Shown here: one piece after another, positions 15,024 to 25,122 of the stretch
Layout of the letters: each line of letters opens with the position of its first letter
Position numbering within the stretch: position 1 is the stretch's first letter
Made by a program: the position numbers and the translations under genes
From: a virus
DNA length: 61,504 nucleotides
IMG/VR virus record: IMGVR_UViG_3300045988_158963
Span: 1 to 61,504 of that record
Reading direction: 5' to 3' (one strand)
Notes under the pieces: generated by a model
What the model saw: only the letters and a program-made list of their open reading frames with translations
Database searches by the model: none
What the model was told of the DNA's origin: nothing

Positions 15024-16421
15024 ATGAAATATCCTTTATTACAAAAACTTGCTTTTTGGAAATCTAACTGGAATAGCAGTTCGAAATCTTTTTCTATGGT
15101 AGGTAATGTGAATGCCGTAGAAAAAGATCAAGCAGGGAACATTTGGTATATAAATGCATTATCAAAAGGACTACAACAAATTATTGGTGGCAAATCTGAC
15201 GTTTTTGATATGCTTAACCTTGCTGACAAAAGAAAGGCCTTAATAGCCTGCACTCCTTTTGCAACTGTTGTTGAGAGATGCGGTTCTATGTTTTCTAACG
15301 GGCGATTTTATGTGACGGATAAAGAGGATAATGAGCATTTGGATGGAGATAATAAATACAATAAGATAAGGACCTTGCTTAAACAGCCTAACCCAATTCA
15401 AAGTGGAAAGCAATTTAATAAGCAGGTTGAAATCACCCTCAAAACTTTTGGCTTTTGCCCTATTTATACATTTAGAGCTTTGAGATCTGAAATACCGGTT
15501 TCGATGTGGATTATTCCCCCTGAACTTTTCCACGCTGAAGTAGATGCTAACATATGGAAAAAATCAAGATTAGAGGAAGTTATAAAAAAGGCATGGATTG
15601 AATGGGGGAGTGAGAATATCTATATAGAGAGTGATGAATATTTTGTTGTATCTGATGCGAGTGCTAATATTAATGTAACTGAAAAAGAGTTGTCTTATAT
15701 CCATATAACAGACTCTCTTACTAGGCCGGTTAACAATTGGATTGCTCAAATGATTGCAAGAGGCACATTGATCGTTGATGGTGGTCCAAAAGGCGTATTG
15801 TGTAACGATGCCAATGGTGATATATATGGGGATAATTCTCTTACCCCAGGAGAGATTGAAAAACTAAACGAAAGTTTTAAACGTAAATATGGTGTTGTAG
15901 GTAAACTTTTTTCAGTCCTTGTTACTACCGCAAATGTAAAATGGGTTCCAATTACGGGCAATTCGGAAGATTTAAAATTATATCAAGAAGATAAAGAGTG
16001 TCGCAATACCATCTGCAATTCATTAGGGATAAATCCTAATGTTTTGATATCAGATAGCACATACGACAATCAGAACGGGGCAAAACGAGATGCCTATCAA
16101 GACTTGATCATACCTGATTCTGAGAATTATTGCGAAGCCCTAACAAGGGCTATAGTAGGGGATGATGAGATAATTATAAGATTGGATTATTCTCATATAT
16201 CCGTGCTCCAGGAAGATAAGAAAAGTGCTGCAAGTGCTTTATCTCTTGCTTCTAATGCGGTTCGTAATTTATACAATGATGGTATCATAACATTGTCCGA
16301 ATCCAGGAAAGAAGTAGCTAATTATATAGATATAGATCCGGACAATCCTGAAGGTGACTTTAAACAAGAATCTCAATCAATAGAAAATAATATACATAAT
16401 GGCACACAAATTGAAAACTAA
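15024..16421 (+). CDS. portal protein
   Basis: About 465 aa, between terL and the prohead protease. Start moved to ATG 15024, because track start 15000 lies inside the leader hairpin. Confidence 0.75.
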   Translation: MKYPLLQKLAFWKSNWNSSSKSFSMVGNVNAVEKDQAGNIWYINALSKGLQQIIGGKSDVFDMLNLADKRKALIACTPFATVVERCGSMFSNGRFYVTDKEDNEHLDGDNKYNKIRTLLKQPNPIQSGKQFNKQVEITLKTFGFCPIYTFRALRSEIPVSMWIIPPELFHAEVDANIWKKSRLEEVIKKAWIEWGSENIYIESDEYFVVSDASANINVTEKELSYIHITDSLTRPVNNWIAQMIARGTLIVDGGPKGVLCNDANGDIYGDNSLTPGEIEKLNESFKRKYGVVGKLFSVLVTTANVKWVPITGNSEDLKLYQEDKECRNTICNSLGINPNVLISDSTYDNQNGAKRDAYQDLIIPDSENYCEALTRAIVGDDEIIIRLDYSHISVLQEDKKSAASALSLASNAVRNLYNDGIITLSESRKEVANYIDIDPDNPEGDFKQESQSIENNIHNGTQIEN

Positions 16422-17154
16422 GAAAAAAGAATCGATAGGAATGCAGTATAAGGCTTTTTCTTTTGAGACCAAAGATATAACGATCAATTCTGAGAGTCGC
16501 AGAATTTCTGGATATGCTGCTATTTTTGGGAACAAGGATAAAGCTGGCGATATCTTAATAAAAGGATGTTTCTCAAAAAGTATACAAGAAAGAGGGCCTC
16601 AAAGTAATGCAAATGATAAGATCATCCACCTATGGATGCATAACATGAATGAACCGGTAGGTAAAATTGTTACATTAATTGAGGATGATAAAGGATTATA
16701 TTTTGAGGCAGATATTGATAAAATTGATTTAGGGGATAGAGAAATTACCCAGCTAGAATCTGGCACAATCAATCAATTTTCTATCGGCTATTCTTACGTT
16801 TGGGACAAAGTAGACTATGATTCGGAGAAAGATGCCTTTATTGTAAAAGAAGTCGTATTGTATGAAATATCTGCTGTTTCTATAGGTTGTAATGGAGAAA
16901 CTTATTATACAGGTTTAAAAACTGTGGAAGAAGTAGAAGATAAAGTTATTGAACTACATAGCGAAATTGAAAATAGTTTGCAGGGATTATCCATTAAAAA
17001 GAAAACAGAAATATTGGGCTTATTCTCAAAGTTTAAGGCACTTATGCTAATCAAGCCGGAGGAAGATATGAAAAGTAGGCTTCGTTCACTTGCACAAGAT
17101 CAAGCCGCCGTAAACCCAAAGAAAAGCTTATTCCATAATGTGAAATTTAAATAA
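16399..17154 (+). CDS. HK97-family prohead serine protease
   Basis: ISGYAAIFGNKDKAGDILIKGCFSKSI and EISAVSIGCN motifs typical of S78 prohead proteases. An alternative start is ATG 16441. Confidence 0.8.
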   Translation: MAHKLKTKKKESIGMQYKAFSFETKDITINSESRRISGYAAIFGNKDKAGDILIKGCFSKSIQERGPQSNANDKIIHLWMHNMNEPVGKIVTLIEDDKGLYFEADIDKIDLGDREITQLESGTINQFSIGYSYVWDKVDYDSEKDAFIVKEVVLYEISAVSIGCNGETYYTGLKTVEEVEDKVIELHSEIENSLQGLSIKKKTEILGLFSKFKALMLIKPEEDMKSRLRSLAQDQAAVNPKKSLFHNVKFK

Positions 17155-17174
17155 CAACTAAAAGAAGTAGAAAG

Positions 17175-18674
17175 ATGAGAAAGTATTTAAGAGTACTGTT
17201 TCAAAACAGCATGAGAGGAAGAAAAGAAAGATTTAAACTTTCCTGTTCTTTATTTGCAATTATGGCATTGTCACTAATTGCGGTATTTACTCTTGCCGCT
17301 AATCCTGTGGCTGGTGGTGTGTTGTTGTCTGGTCTTGGTTTAATGGCTTTTATCGATGAATCTACGCTTGATGATGATCAGAAAAAGTTTTTCAAGGGGC
17401 TGGATGACAAACTGGAAGAGTTGAATGTGAAGTTTTTGAAAGACGAGCTAGGAAAACCGGAATATCTCAAGCAGATTAACGATTTGATAAATGAGTTCAA
17501 GCAATTGAATGAAAAGAACATGTCGGATAAGATTGATAAGAAAGACTTTGAAAACTTCAAGAAAGAGGTTTGTGAACAACTTGTTAGAATTAAAGGGGCT
17601 ATGGATAAAACCCCATCTGGAGAATTTCGTTTAAAATCAATAGATGAGCAGATCCGGGAACAGGTGAAAGAATATATCACCAAAGATCAAAGCGGAAGAG
17701 AAATGGTGGACTTAAAGGCGGCTTGCAAATCTTCTCCTGGCTATAAAAAACAATTTAATCTTGTTGTCAAGGCTAATACGCCTATAACATCAACTGCGAC
17801 GGCCGCATCCGGTGTGACGCTGAGTCCTGGAGTTGTATTTGATCCTACTATTTCCGCGCCGCCTATGGCTGAAAGCGAAATCAGACAATTCGCTAATGTC
17901 GCGACTATCAATGCTCGGACATTGGTATATACAGAGCTTAATGATTCTACAGGAGATGCCGAATGGGTTCCTGAAGGCGGATTAAAGCCTTCAATGACTG
18001 CAACAATCAAGGAAGTTGTTGTTAATGCAGGGAAGGTGGCATTGACAGCTACGCTGACGGAAGAAACATTAACTGATCTTCCCCAGTTAGTGGCGGAGGT
18101 TCAAGCTGAAATTATTAATAAAATCGGTATTGAAGAGGAAAATGGGATTTTATATGGTTCTGGCTCTGATGGAGAAATAAAAGGTGTTTTCACAGATATC
18201 CCCGAATATTCATTAACCAGTATCAAGGTGGACAAACCGAACAACTTTGATGCTATTATAGCAGCTTATACACAAGTTGTTTCGACATCTAAAATGAATT
18301 ATGCTCCAAATGTCGTCCGCGTTAATCCTATTGATTTGGCGAATATGAAGCTGACAAAAGATGCTAATGGCCAGTATCTCTTCCCGCCTTTTACATTACA
18401 GGATGGATCTCTTATTTCGGGAGTCCAGATCCGGCCATCCACTTCCATCACGGAAGGTGAATTTGTATTGGGCGATTTTAGATATCTGAACATCCGTGAC
18501 TATGTAGGATTATCTATTACGTTCGGTTGGGTCAATGACGATTTCCAGAAGAACCAAGTGACAATGATCGGCGAAAAAAGATTGTTGGCTTATATTAAGT
18601 CGAATTACAAGACTGCATTCGTCAAGGGTTCTTATGCCACTATCAAAGAAGCTATTGATTCATCAAAGGAATAG
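17175..18674 (+). CDS. major capsid protein (HK97 fold) with N-terminal delta/scaffold-like coiled coil
   Basis: It follows the protease and has a coiled-coil N-terminus (KFFKGLDDKLEELNVKFLKDE...). The capsid-like core reads ...LTATLTEETLTDLPQLVAEVQAEIINKIGIEEENGILYGSG. The start is uncertain because of the hydrophobic first 55 aa. Confidence 0.75.
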   Translation: MRKYLRVLFQNSMRGRKERFKLSCSLFAIMALSLIAVFTLAANPVAGGVLLSGLGLMAFIDESTLDDDQKKFFKGLDDKLEELNVKFLKDELGKPEYLKQINDLINEFKQLNEKNMSDKIDKKDFENFKKEVCEQLVRIKGAMDKTPSGEFRLKSIDEQIREQVKEYITKDQSGREMVDLKAACKSSPGYKKQFNLVVKANTPITSTATAASGVTLSPGVVFDPTISAPPMAESEIRQFANVATINARTLVYTELNDSTGDAEWVPEGGLKPSMTATIKEVVVNAGKVALTATLTEETLTDLPQLVAEVQAEIINKIGIEEENGILYGSGSDGEIKGVFTDIPEYSLTSIKVDKPNNFDAIIAAYTQVVSTSKMNYAPNVVRVNPIDLANMKLTKDANGQYLFPPFTLQDGSLISGVQIRPSTSITEGEFVLGDFRYLNIRDYVGLSITFGWVNDDFQKNQVTMIGEKRLLAYIKSNYKTAFVKGSYATIKEAIDSSKE

Positions 18675-18686
18675 GAGGTTAATATA

Positions 18687-18929
18687 ATGAAAAGAGGAAA
18701 AGTAAATAAAAATGATGCAAAGAGTTACAGGTTTGAACCTTCGGATGTATATGAAGTTACCTATATTAAGGCTAAACATCATGAAATCGGAGATAAAGAT
18801 TATGTGTCTCTTCCTGTCGCAATCATGTTCATAAATGAGGGTAAAATAGCCTCTACTCCTGAAATAGAAGAGGCTATTGCAAAATATGACATGAGCGGCT
18901 TAATCAAATCAAAAAATAAAAAACAGTAA
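18687..18929 (+). CDS. hypothetical head-module protein
   Basis: 80-aa ORF tightly packed after the capsid gene. Confidence 0.5.
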   Translation: MKRGKVNKNDAKSYRFEPSDVYEVTYIKAKHHEIGDKDYVSLPVAIMFINEGKIASTPEIEEAIAKYDMSGLIKSKNKKQ

Positions 18930-18932
18930 ATC

Positions 18933-19448
18933 ATGCTTATAGATGAGACATTTTTCACAGGTGAACTTCATATAGAAGGAGTGATTTCGTATACTGGCGT
19001 GCCATCAAAGACTAATGAGGCTTCCAATTACGAACTTAAGTCCTTGATTGCTCAATATGAACTTGAATTTTATCGTAAAATATTAGGTTATGATAATGCA
19101 AAAAAGTTTGTTGGGTATATCGAAAGTGGAGAAGGCGAAGAAAAATGGGATAATCTAAAAAACATGTTGGTCGAACAGGTAGGTAATCGGAAGGTATCTC
19201 CGGTTGCCTACTATGTATTCTGCTTCTATCTGAGAAAGAATCAAACACAGGCTACGCCTATTGGCAATGTCGAGGAAAGCTCTTCCAATAAAATTTCGCC
19301 ATATAATATCAAAATGATAAACGCATGGAATCAGATGACCTATATGAATAGGTATATATCTGATTATCTATATGATCATAGAGATGATTATGGCGGATAT
19401 TTTTTTGATGAGCATTTACTGGAATTTATGAATAAGATGGGGATATGA
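18933..19448 (+). CDS. hypothetical head-tail joining module protein
   Basis: 171 aa. The call rests on position only. Confidence 0.5.
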   Translation: MLIDETFFTGELHIEGVISYTGVPSKTNEASNYELKSLIAQYELEFYRKILGYDNAKKFVGYIESGEGEEKWDNLKNMLVEQVGNRKVSPVAYYVFCFYLRKNQTQATPIGNVEESSSNKISPYNIKMINAWNQMTYMNRYISDYLYDHRDDYGGYFFDEHLLEFMNKMGI

Positions 19449-19963
19449 TAAATATCGTAGATATATTCAAGGATATTAGCCGTAATACTTCTATAAGTGT
19501 TGGGATAGAAATAAATTTCCTATTTGGGGAATGGGCGCAAATAGCACGGGAAATGGAGATATTAAGCAAATCCCCTATCACTGAATCGGGCAAATGGCCA
19601 CTTCTTGCTCTTTTTACCCCATTTGAAGAAGATAAAGGCGACCCCGATCTATATTGTAAAGCAAATATTGACCTGATGATAGCTACTCGCACGTTATCTG
19701 ATTATACCAATGATCAGAGGTTTGCTATTTCTTACAAAGAAATCCTACATCCTGTTTACGAACATTTTATTTCAGAATTAGCCAAAGACCAAAGGTTTGA
19801 TTTTGGATCTAAAAATGTCGTGCCACACCGGTATGTGGATAATATGAGGTATGGCAGTCGAGGGGTTTATGGTTCTGACGGGAAAAAGCCTTTTGCGGAT
19901 TTGTTTGACGGAATAGATATATTGGATTTGGAGATAAAAGTAAAGAAACCTAATTGTAGATAA
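19445..19963 (+). CDS. hypothetical head-tail joining module protein
   Basis: 172 aa with an ATGA overlap to the upstream gene. Confidence 0.5.
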   Translation: MINIVDIFKDISRNTSISVGIEINFLFGEWAQIAREMEILSKSPITESGKWPLLALFTPFEEDKGDPDLYCKANIDLMIATRTLSDYTNDQRFAISYKEILHPVYEHFISELAKDQRFDFGSKNVVPHRYVDNMRYGSRGVYGSDGKKPFADLFDGIDILDLEIKVKKPNCR

Positions 19964-19965
19964 AA

Positions 19966-20814
19966 ATGAAAAAGTACAGAGATTGCGGAAGCGAGATATT
20001 TAATACGGGATCAAGCAAATGTCCGTTTGTTCCGGATTATGTAAAAGTGATCATTCTGACACCGGAAGATATGGTGATAAAAGATGATGAACTGGAAGAA
20101 AAAATAGAAGAAATGATTCATGCGAACCGTCCGGGGCGTATCTATCCTATAGGACCTATCGCGGAATATGCACCAAGTGGTGGTGAGGCCCAAACGTCTA
20201 AACAAGGATATGGTCCTTCTCAAATCACTTCTTACTCGGAGCTTGTTGAAGCCTGGACGCTTGAAAATTATGATGAAGGACTGTTGGCGAATTTAATGAA
20301 GCTTAAAAACGAAAGAATGAGAGCTTTATTTGTGGATAAAAATAACGTTGTTTATGGTCAGTATGACACAGATACTACTATTAAAGGCTATCTGATGTCT
20401 TCTATTTATCCTTCATCAGTACAACGATTTAAAACGAGTGGAGATAATGCATCTATGGCGGTTAGCCTGGTGTATGATGATGTAGAAAAGGCTTGGATGG
20501 AAACCAAATCTCTGCAAGGTGAGACTGATTTGGTTGAAAAAGCCAAAGGCCTTGTTTGGGTAGATGTCGTAAAAGTGGGAGATAGTGGATCTAATTACAA
20601 GGTGGTTGAACATTATGGCAAATATGATTTGACGACAGCCTATGGGACTTTGCTTGGAAAGACAGAAGGAGTGTGGGGGGATAGTGTTAGTGCTGCCCAA
20701 TACAATTCTGCGGATGGCACATTGAGCCTGACTAGCGAGAGTACACCGACATTATTAAGCCCAGAGCGGTTGCTTACTGCTGGTATTAAAGGTATTGAGC
20801 AATGGAAGTCGTAA
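19966..20814 (+). CDS. putative major tail protein
   Basis: 282 aa. The call rests on position and on a terminator shortly downstream (20977-21006), as is often seen after abundant structural genes. Confidence 0.45.
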   Translation: MKKYRDCGSEIFNTGSSKCPFVPDYVKVIILTPEDMVIKDDELEEKIEEMIHANRPGRIYPIGPIAEYAPSGGEAQTSKQGYGPSQITSYSELVEAWTLENYDEGLLANLMKLKNERMRALFVDKNNVVYGQYDTDTTIKGYLMSSIYPSSVQRFKTSGDNASMAVSLVYDDVEKAWMETKSLQGETDLVEKAKGLVWVDVVKVGDSGSNYKVVEHYGKYDLTTAYGTLLGKTEGVWGDSVSAAQYNSADGTLSLTSESTPTLLSPERLLTAGIKGIEQWKS

Positions 20815-20990
20815 TGAATGGGGTTTCTTTTAATCGGGATTTATGTTCTAAAATGACAAAAAAACAATTTTTGGAAGCCCACGAAAAATCTTGTTTTTTA
20901 GATCGTAATATCGAAAATAGAAGAAAGATCCTAACGGATGTTTATAGCATTATAAAAGGTAAATCAGTTACAAACGAGGGGCTTTATTAG
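20802..20990 (+). CDS. small hypothetical protein
   Basis: 62-aa ORF whose 3' end is embedded in the terminator stem. Confidence 0.3.
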   Translation: MEVVMNGVSFNRDLCSKMTKKQFLEAHEKSCFLDRNIENRRKILTDVYSIIKGKSVTNEGLY

Positions 20991-21006
20991 GCCCCTCTGT
21001 GTTTTA
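20977..21006 (+). terminator. intrinsic terminator/attenuator inside the late operon
   Basis: GAGGGGC-tttattag-GCCCCTC followed by tgtgtttt. Confidence 0.6.
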
Positions 21007-21008
21007 AT

Positions 21009-21557
21009 ATGGGTACTATAGAGGGAGTTTCAAATGCCGTAAGGATGTTAAAAAATAATTTCATGCCAGAGGTTACAAATAGCCTTCGTGAAAGTGAGGA
21101 TCTGATTCATGATTTGATTACCGACCAACTGATGGCCGGACTTGATGAAAATGGAAAACAGATAAGACCTACATATCTTCAAGACTCTTACTTCAGGGAA
21201 ACGACAAAGACGGAAAAGGCAGCAAGAAAAAAAGCTATGTGGTGGAGAGATATGAAAGAGCGTATCACACCACCTGAAACGTCCAATCTTTTAAAATTCC
21301 CTCCCCGAAATAGAAATACGCCTAACCTTATAATAACAGGTGAGTATCACAGAAGTATCACCCCTATTGTTGTGGATGGGAAAGACGGAGGGAAGATTGT
21401 AACCAGATCTATCGGTTTTTATGCTGGGGATAATGCGCTTGAAGAAAAATATGGTCCATCGCATTTAGGATTGACGAGAAAAGCAAAAAAGTATTTGCTG
21501 GATAATCGTATAAAACCAGCGATTGAAAATTTACTAAAAAAATATGGATTCAAATGA
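21009..21557 (+). CDS. hypothetical virion morphogenesis protein
   Basis: 182 aa. The call rests on position only. Confidence 0.45.
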   Translation: MGTIEGVSNAVRMLKNNFMPEVTNSLRESEDLIHDLITDQLMAGLDENGKQIRPTYLQDSYFRETTKTEKAARKKAMWWRDMKERITPPETSNLLKFPPRNRNTPNLIITGEYHRSITPIVVDGKDGGKIVTRSIGFYAGDNALEEKYGPSHLGLTRKAKKYLLDNRIKPAIENLLKKYGFK

Positions 21558-21760
21558 ATGCGAAAGCTCCTTGTAACTGTTCGTCTCAAAATAAGGCTAT
21601 GGCCAACCGAGAAAATATGAGAAGATTGGCAAGTAAAGCCGCCAGAATGGATCAGCGTATCTATGTTATTATTCGTAAACATGATGATACGTACACTTTT
21701 GAACCAATTGATGCAATTGGAACTAACGGAGATATAGTAGAATATGTACATTATTTATAA
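21554..21760 (+). CDS. hypothetical protein
   Basis: 68 aa with an ATGA overlap to the upstream gene. Confidence 0.4.
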   Translation: MNAKAPCNCSSQNKAMANRENMRRLASKAARMDQRIYVIIRKHDDTYTFEPIDAIGTNGDIVEYVHYL

Positions 21761-21768
21761 CGATCAAA

Positions 21769-22041
21769 ATGGAACTTAATGATTTAACTTTTTCACTTCA
21801 GAATGGAGTTTATAAAACATCTTTCCAGCCAACAGGTGATTTTAGAATACATATTAAACGACAAGCGTCTGGTCGGTTGTCGTTCTTTGAAACAATAACA
21901 GGATCAGATCCTGTTGCTTTTGGAGTTATAAATTGGACTCTTCCTAACTTTGAGGCAAAAGTACCCGATGTGAGTCCTGGAATGACCATTATCATTGAAA
22001 GTGACACTCCTGTTATAAAATGTCAGTATACTTATGAGTAA
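21769..22041 (+). CDS. hypothetical protein
   Basis: 90-aa ORF. Confidence 0.4.
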   Translation: MELNDLTFSLQNGVYKTSFQPTGDFRIHIKRQASGRLSFFETITGSDPVAFGVINWTLPNFEAKVPDVSPGMTIIIESDTPVIKCQYTYE

Positions 22042-23761
22042 TTTTATTTTAAAGACTTTAGAAACAAGAGAGTTGAAGCTAAACACGATTAGGCTCCGAG
22101 GTTTCTATGGTGGAAAGCTGCGGAAGGGTTCCGGTGGTGGCGGTTCCAGCGACGGCTTCCCGCAACTTCCGGGTGATGTTACGCGTTGGCATTTCGGCGG
22201 CCTGACGAACGAGATGATGGCGGCTATGGACGATCCGAGGATTGAGGATGCGGACCATAAAGGTCGGTTCTTATCCTTCAAGAATTTCGCTTGGAAGGAG
22301 GGTTCAGGTATTAGTGATGTTTATCCCGGTGCACTCGTCTTTGACGGAGTAGACGATTATGGTGTTTGTGAGAACTTCCCTATTCTGACTAAAGAAAAGG
22401 GATATACGGTTGTGGCGTTGAGACAGTGGATTACAAGGGGTGAAATAGCCCAAGGATTAGTATCTAATGTAAAGAATTGGCTCAAGGATGGTGCCTTCTT
22501 GTTAGAATATAGAAATATACAAGCCGATCATCTTAATAAGCCTATATCTTTTGGAGCAATAGGGAGTGAAATGGATTTACCACACATCCTTACTTATCAG
22601 ACATCTAAAAGTTATAATGGTGTTTCGATTACAACTGGTAATTTTGAGGGAACAGATGTGCTACATGTTGGGAAATTAGCTCCAACTAATGTAGGAACTT
22701 GTATTAACGCTGCTATCTGGGAACTTGTATTTCTCGATCACGATGCCACCGAAGAAGAACTGACCAAGATCAAAGACTACTTCGTTAAAACCTATCCCTG
22801 GCTCTTCCCCGACCAAGCATGGACAGTGGTAGGCAAAACCAACGAGGACGAAGATCGTGCTACTATTGCCAACATTACGGGCAATGGTAATAATCTTGTA
22901 CTGTCGAATTTTGGGTTTGCAGAAGGGAGTGGGTATGGGTTGTATGCTGAGAATTATGCTGGTGGTAGATGGGTTCAATCTACTGCTAGAGCGGATTTAA
23001 CTTGTACGAGTCATTCTGTAAATATAACTTCAGTTAAAGTTGCGTCTACACAGTTATATTATCAATCCTATCTTGAACAACCTTCTTTTACAGTTCCTTC
23101 TTATAAGATAAAAGTTTATGGACTGAAAGATGGCCAAACTCTATCCTATAAACAAGTAACTTCTGAAGGACAACAGATATACAAAATATCAGAAGATGGA
23201 ATTTATACATTACCGTCTTTTCCATTTAAAGCAAATGGAGATTGGTATGGATTTACCTTAAATAAGGTACAAGAATCCTGTGACATTACTATAGAGCAAA
23301 TCCCTGAATACGAAGGCTATCTAGTTACTGATGGGGTGGATGATAAGATAGTTTCGTCAGTTTTTGGAATGGGTAAGGATTTTACGATTGTTGGGGATTG
23401 GAAGTTTATTGATAATAAAAAGAGTGGTACTGGTTTAGTAAAAGGGTCTAGTTTTTATATCTACAACACAATGATTGGACTTGATCTTTATATTAATTCA
23501 GGATCAGTAAAAAATAGTCTTGACGGAATTAAAAGTATTAATGCTGCATGTTCAGATGGTAGGGCCTATGATCGTAATTGGAATGAAATACTGGCAAATA
23601 CAGGTAATGTAGTTGGTTCTGGTGGTACATTGGAGGTATCGAGTAGTGGTGGTAGGTTTGATCGAATAGCTTTTAAGAACCTTGCAATTTATCCAAGAAT
23701 CCTCTCCAAATACGATTGTGTCAAAGCCTACAACTACCTCCAAACCCTAAAAGCAAAGTAA
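22034..23761 (+). CDS. LamG/concanavalin-like double-domain protein
   Basis: Two LamG-type signatures, GALVFDGVDDYGV and GYLVTDGVDDKIV. 575 aa. Confidence 0.6.
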   Translation: MSNFILKTLETRELKLNTIRLRGFYGGKLRKGSGGGGSSDGFPQLPGDVTRWHFGGLTNEMMAAMDDPRIEDADHKGRFLSFKNFAWKEGSGISDVYPGALVFDGVDDYGVCENFPILTKEKGYTVVALRQWITRGEIAQGLVSNVKNWLKDGAFLLEYRNIQADHLNKPISFGAIGSEMDLPHILTYQTSKSYNGVSITTGNFEGTDVLHVGKLAPTNVGTCINAAIWELVFLDHDATEEELTKIKDYFVKTYPWLFPDQAWTVVGKTNEDEDRATIANITGNGNNLVLSNFGFAEGSGYGLYAENYAGGRWVQSTARADLTCTSHSVNITSVKVASTQLYYQSYLEQPSFTVPSYKIKVYGLKDGQTLSYKQVTSEGQQIYKISEDGIYTLPSFPFKANGDWYGFTLNKVQESCDITIEQIPEYEGYLVTDGVDDKIVSSVFGMGKDFTIVGDWKFIDNKKSGTGLVKGSSFYIYNTMIGLDLYINSGSVKNSLDGIKSINAACSDGRAYDRNWNEILANTGNVVGSGGTLEVSSSGGRFDRIAFKNLAIYPRILSKYDCVKAYNYLQTLKAK

Positions 23762-23788
23762 CATTAAAAATTTAATAATAATCGAATT

Positions 23789-24040
23789 ATGACAGCCGAG
23801 AAGTTTAAATCTATTTGCGAAGAGAAAGGAATAATTTGGAATGATCTTGTCCGTATTAGGGTTATCAGACCAAAGAAATTTTTCGGATTCTTTAGGCAAT
23901 TAACAGGTGTAACAATCGAAGGTGCGTTCAATGGCAGTTCTGCTTGTGTTGAAATAATGGCTGACGATGATAATGGCGTTCCAATAATGCACTATATTGA
24001 TTACGAAGACATTATAGGATTTGAATTAATTAAAAATTAA
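23789..24040 (+). CDS. hypothetical protein
   Basis: 83-aa ORF. Confidence 0.4.
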   Translation: MTAEKFKSICEEKGIIWNDLVRIRVIRPKKFFGFFRQLTGVTIEGAFNGSSACVEIMADDDNGVPIMHYIDYEDIIGFELIKN

Positions 24041-24049
24041 TTGGGATAG

Positions 24050-24280
24050 ATGATACAGAATATAATTAGCAAAATCGGAGCAGACAAGCTGCTGCACATC
24101 TCAGTGAGCATGATTCTTACGCTTGAACTTAGCCGCTTTCTCCCATGTTGGCAAGCTGCATTGATAGTGCTGTCAATCGGGGTTGCCAAAGAAGTTTATG
24201 ACAAGGTGAGCGGTAAAGGAACGGCTGAATGGAAGGATATCATTGCTGATTGTATTGGAATAGGATTAGGAAGTATATAA
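24050..24280 (+). CDS. small membrane protein
   Basis: 76 aa with two or three hydrophobic segments (LLHISVSMILTL, AALIVLSIGVA, IIADCIGIGLGSI). Confidence 0.45.
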   Translation: MIQNIISKIGADKLLHISVSMILTLELSRFLPCWQAALIVLSIGVAKEVYDKVSGKGTAEWKDIIADCIGIGLGSI

Positions 24281-24304
24281 TCAAAATAAAATAATTAATT
24301 GAAT

Positions 24305-24964
24305 ATGAAATACGCAATTGTAGACATCGTGTGGTGCAAGTCCCACGGAATAGAAGTCCTGCCGGAAATGAGGATAAGTACGGATCAAAGCAAGGTAATC
24401 TTGCATGAGGAATACCTTGCACCCTTCGATGATGAAGATTTTCCTCGCTATAGTTTTAGCGATCCGTCTTTTGTCGAACTACTGAATAGTGAAGAATGGA
24501 CTTATTCAGAAGGAGAACAACCCGTAATCAATAGGCAGTTCAGCAGATTATTGGCTTTGGACGAACTGGACAAGGAGGCTACAGAAGAGATAAATACATA
24601 TGACCTTTCCCCGTCGGAAGCCTTACAGGTCAAAGATCGATACCCCGAATGGGAAACCGGAATAAACGTCAAAACTGGCGAACGATACCGAGTTGAAGAT
24701 GTCCTTTGGGAATGTGTTAAAGACCATCTCACACAAGATAACTGGAAGCCTAGCACAGCTACCCTAAGCCTGTGGAAAATAGTAGACGCGGAAGAACATT
24801 CCGGCACGATAGAAGATCCTATTCCATATAAGCAAAATATGGCACTTGAATTTAACAAGTACTACACGCAGGACGGAGTATTGTACCTCTGCATACAGGC
24901 TATGACACCGGGACCGTACGATTTAAAGGATGTGCCGGCGCATGCACAACCGATAAAGCAGTAA
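24305..24964 (+). CDS. hypothetical protein with CBM5/12-like carbohydrate-binding motif
   Basis: Start moved to ATG 24305 (MKYAIVD). The segment GERYRVEDVLWECVKDHLTQDNWKPSTATLSLWKIV resembles chitin-binding-type repeats. Confidence 0.45.
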   Translation: MKYAIVDIVWCKSHGIEVLPEMRISTDQSKVILHEEYLAPFDDEDFPRYSFSDPSFVELLNSEEWTYSEGEQPVINRQFSRLLALDELDKEATEEINTYDLSPSEALQVKDRYPEWETGINVKTGERYRVEDVLWECVKDHLTQDNWKPSTATLSLWKIVDAEEHSGTIEDPIPYKQNMALEFNKYYTQDGVLYLCIQAMTPGPYDLKDVPAHAQPIKQ

Positions 24965-25014
24965 TGGGGTTTAAATAACTCATAGATTGATTTGGCTATT
25001 CCGTGCAATTTGGC

Positions 25015-25103
25015 TATGTTTGTAACAGCATAACAAAAGATTTAGAGCCTAAGAGCCATACCCGGTAAGAGTCATATCCTGCGGGGTATGGCTCTTTTTG
25101 TTT
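25015..25103 (+). promoter_or_regulatory. late leader element copy 2
   Basis: TATGTTTG (25015-22); AGAGCC-TA-AGAGCCATACCC (25044-63); GGGTATGGCTCT (25084-95); TTTTTGTTT. Confidence 0.7.
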
Positions 25104-25122
25104 AATTTAAAATGAAAAAGAG

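Noticed and set aside
17175-17342. A hydrophobic N-terminal 55 aa on the major capsid ORF, considered as a possible separate membrane peptide or a wrong start.
   Set aside because: This cannot be resolved from sequence alone. Starting at M57 (17343) would leave an unusual 190-nt gap after the protease gene, so I kept the long model and flagged the start as uncertain.
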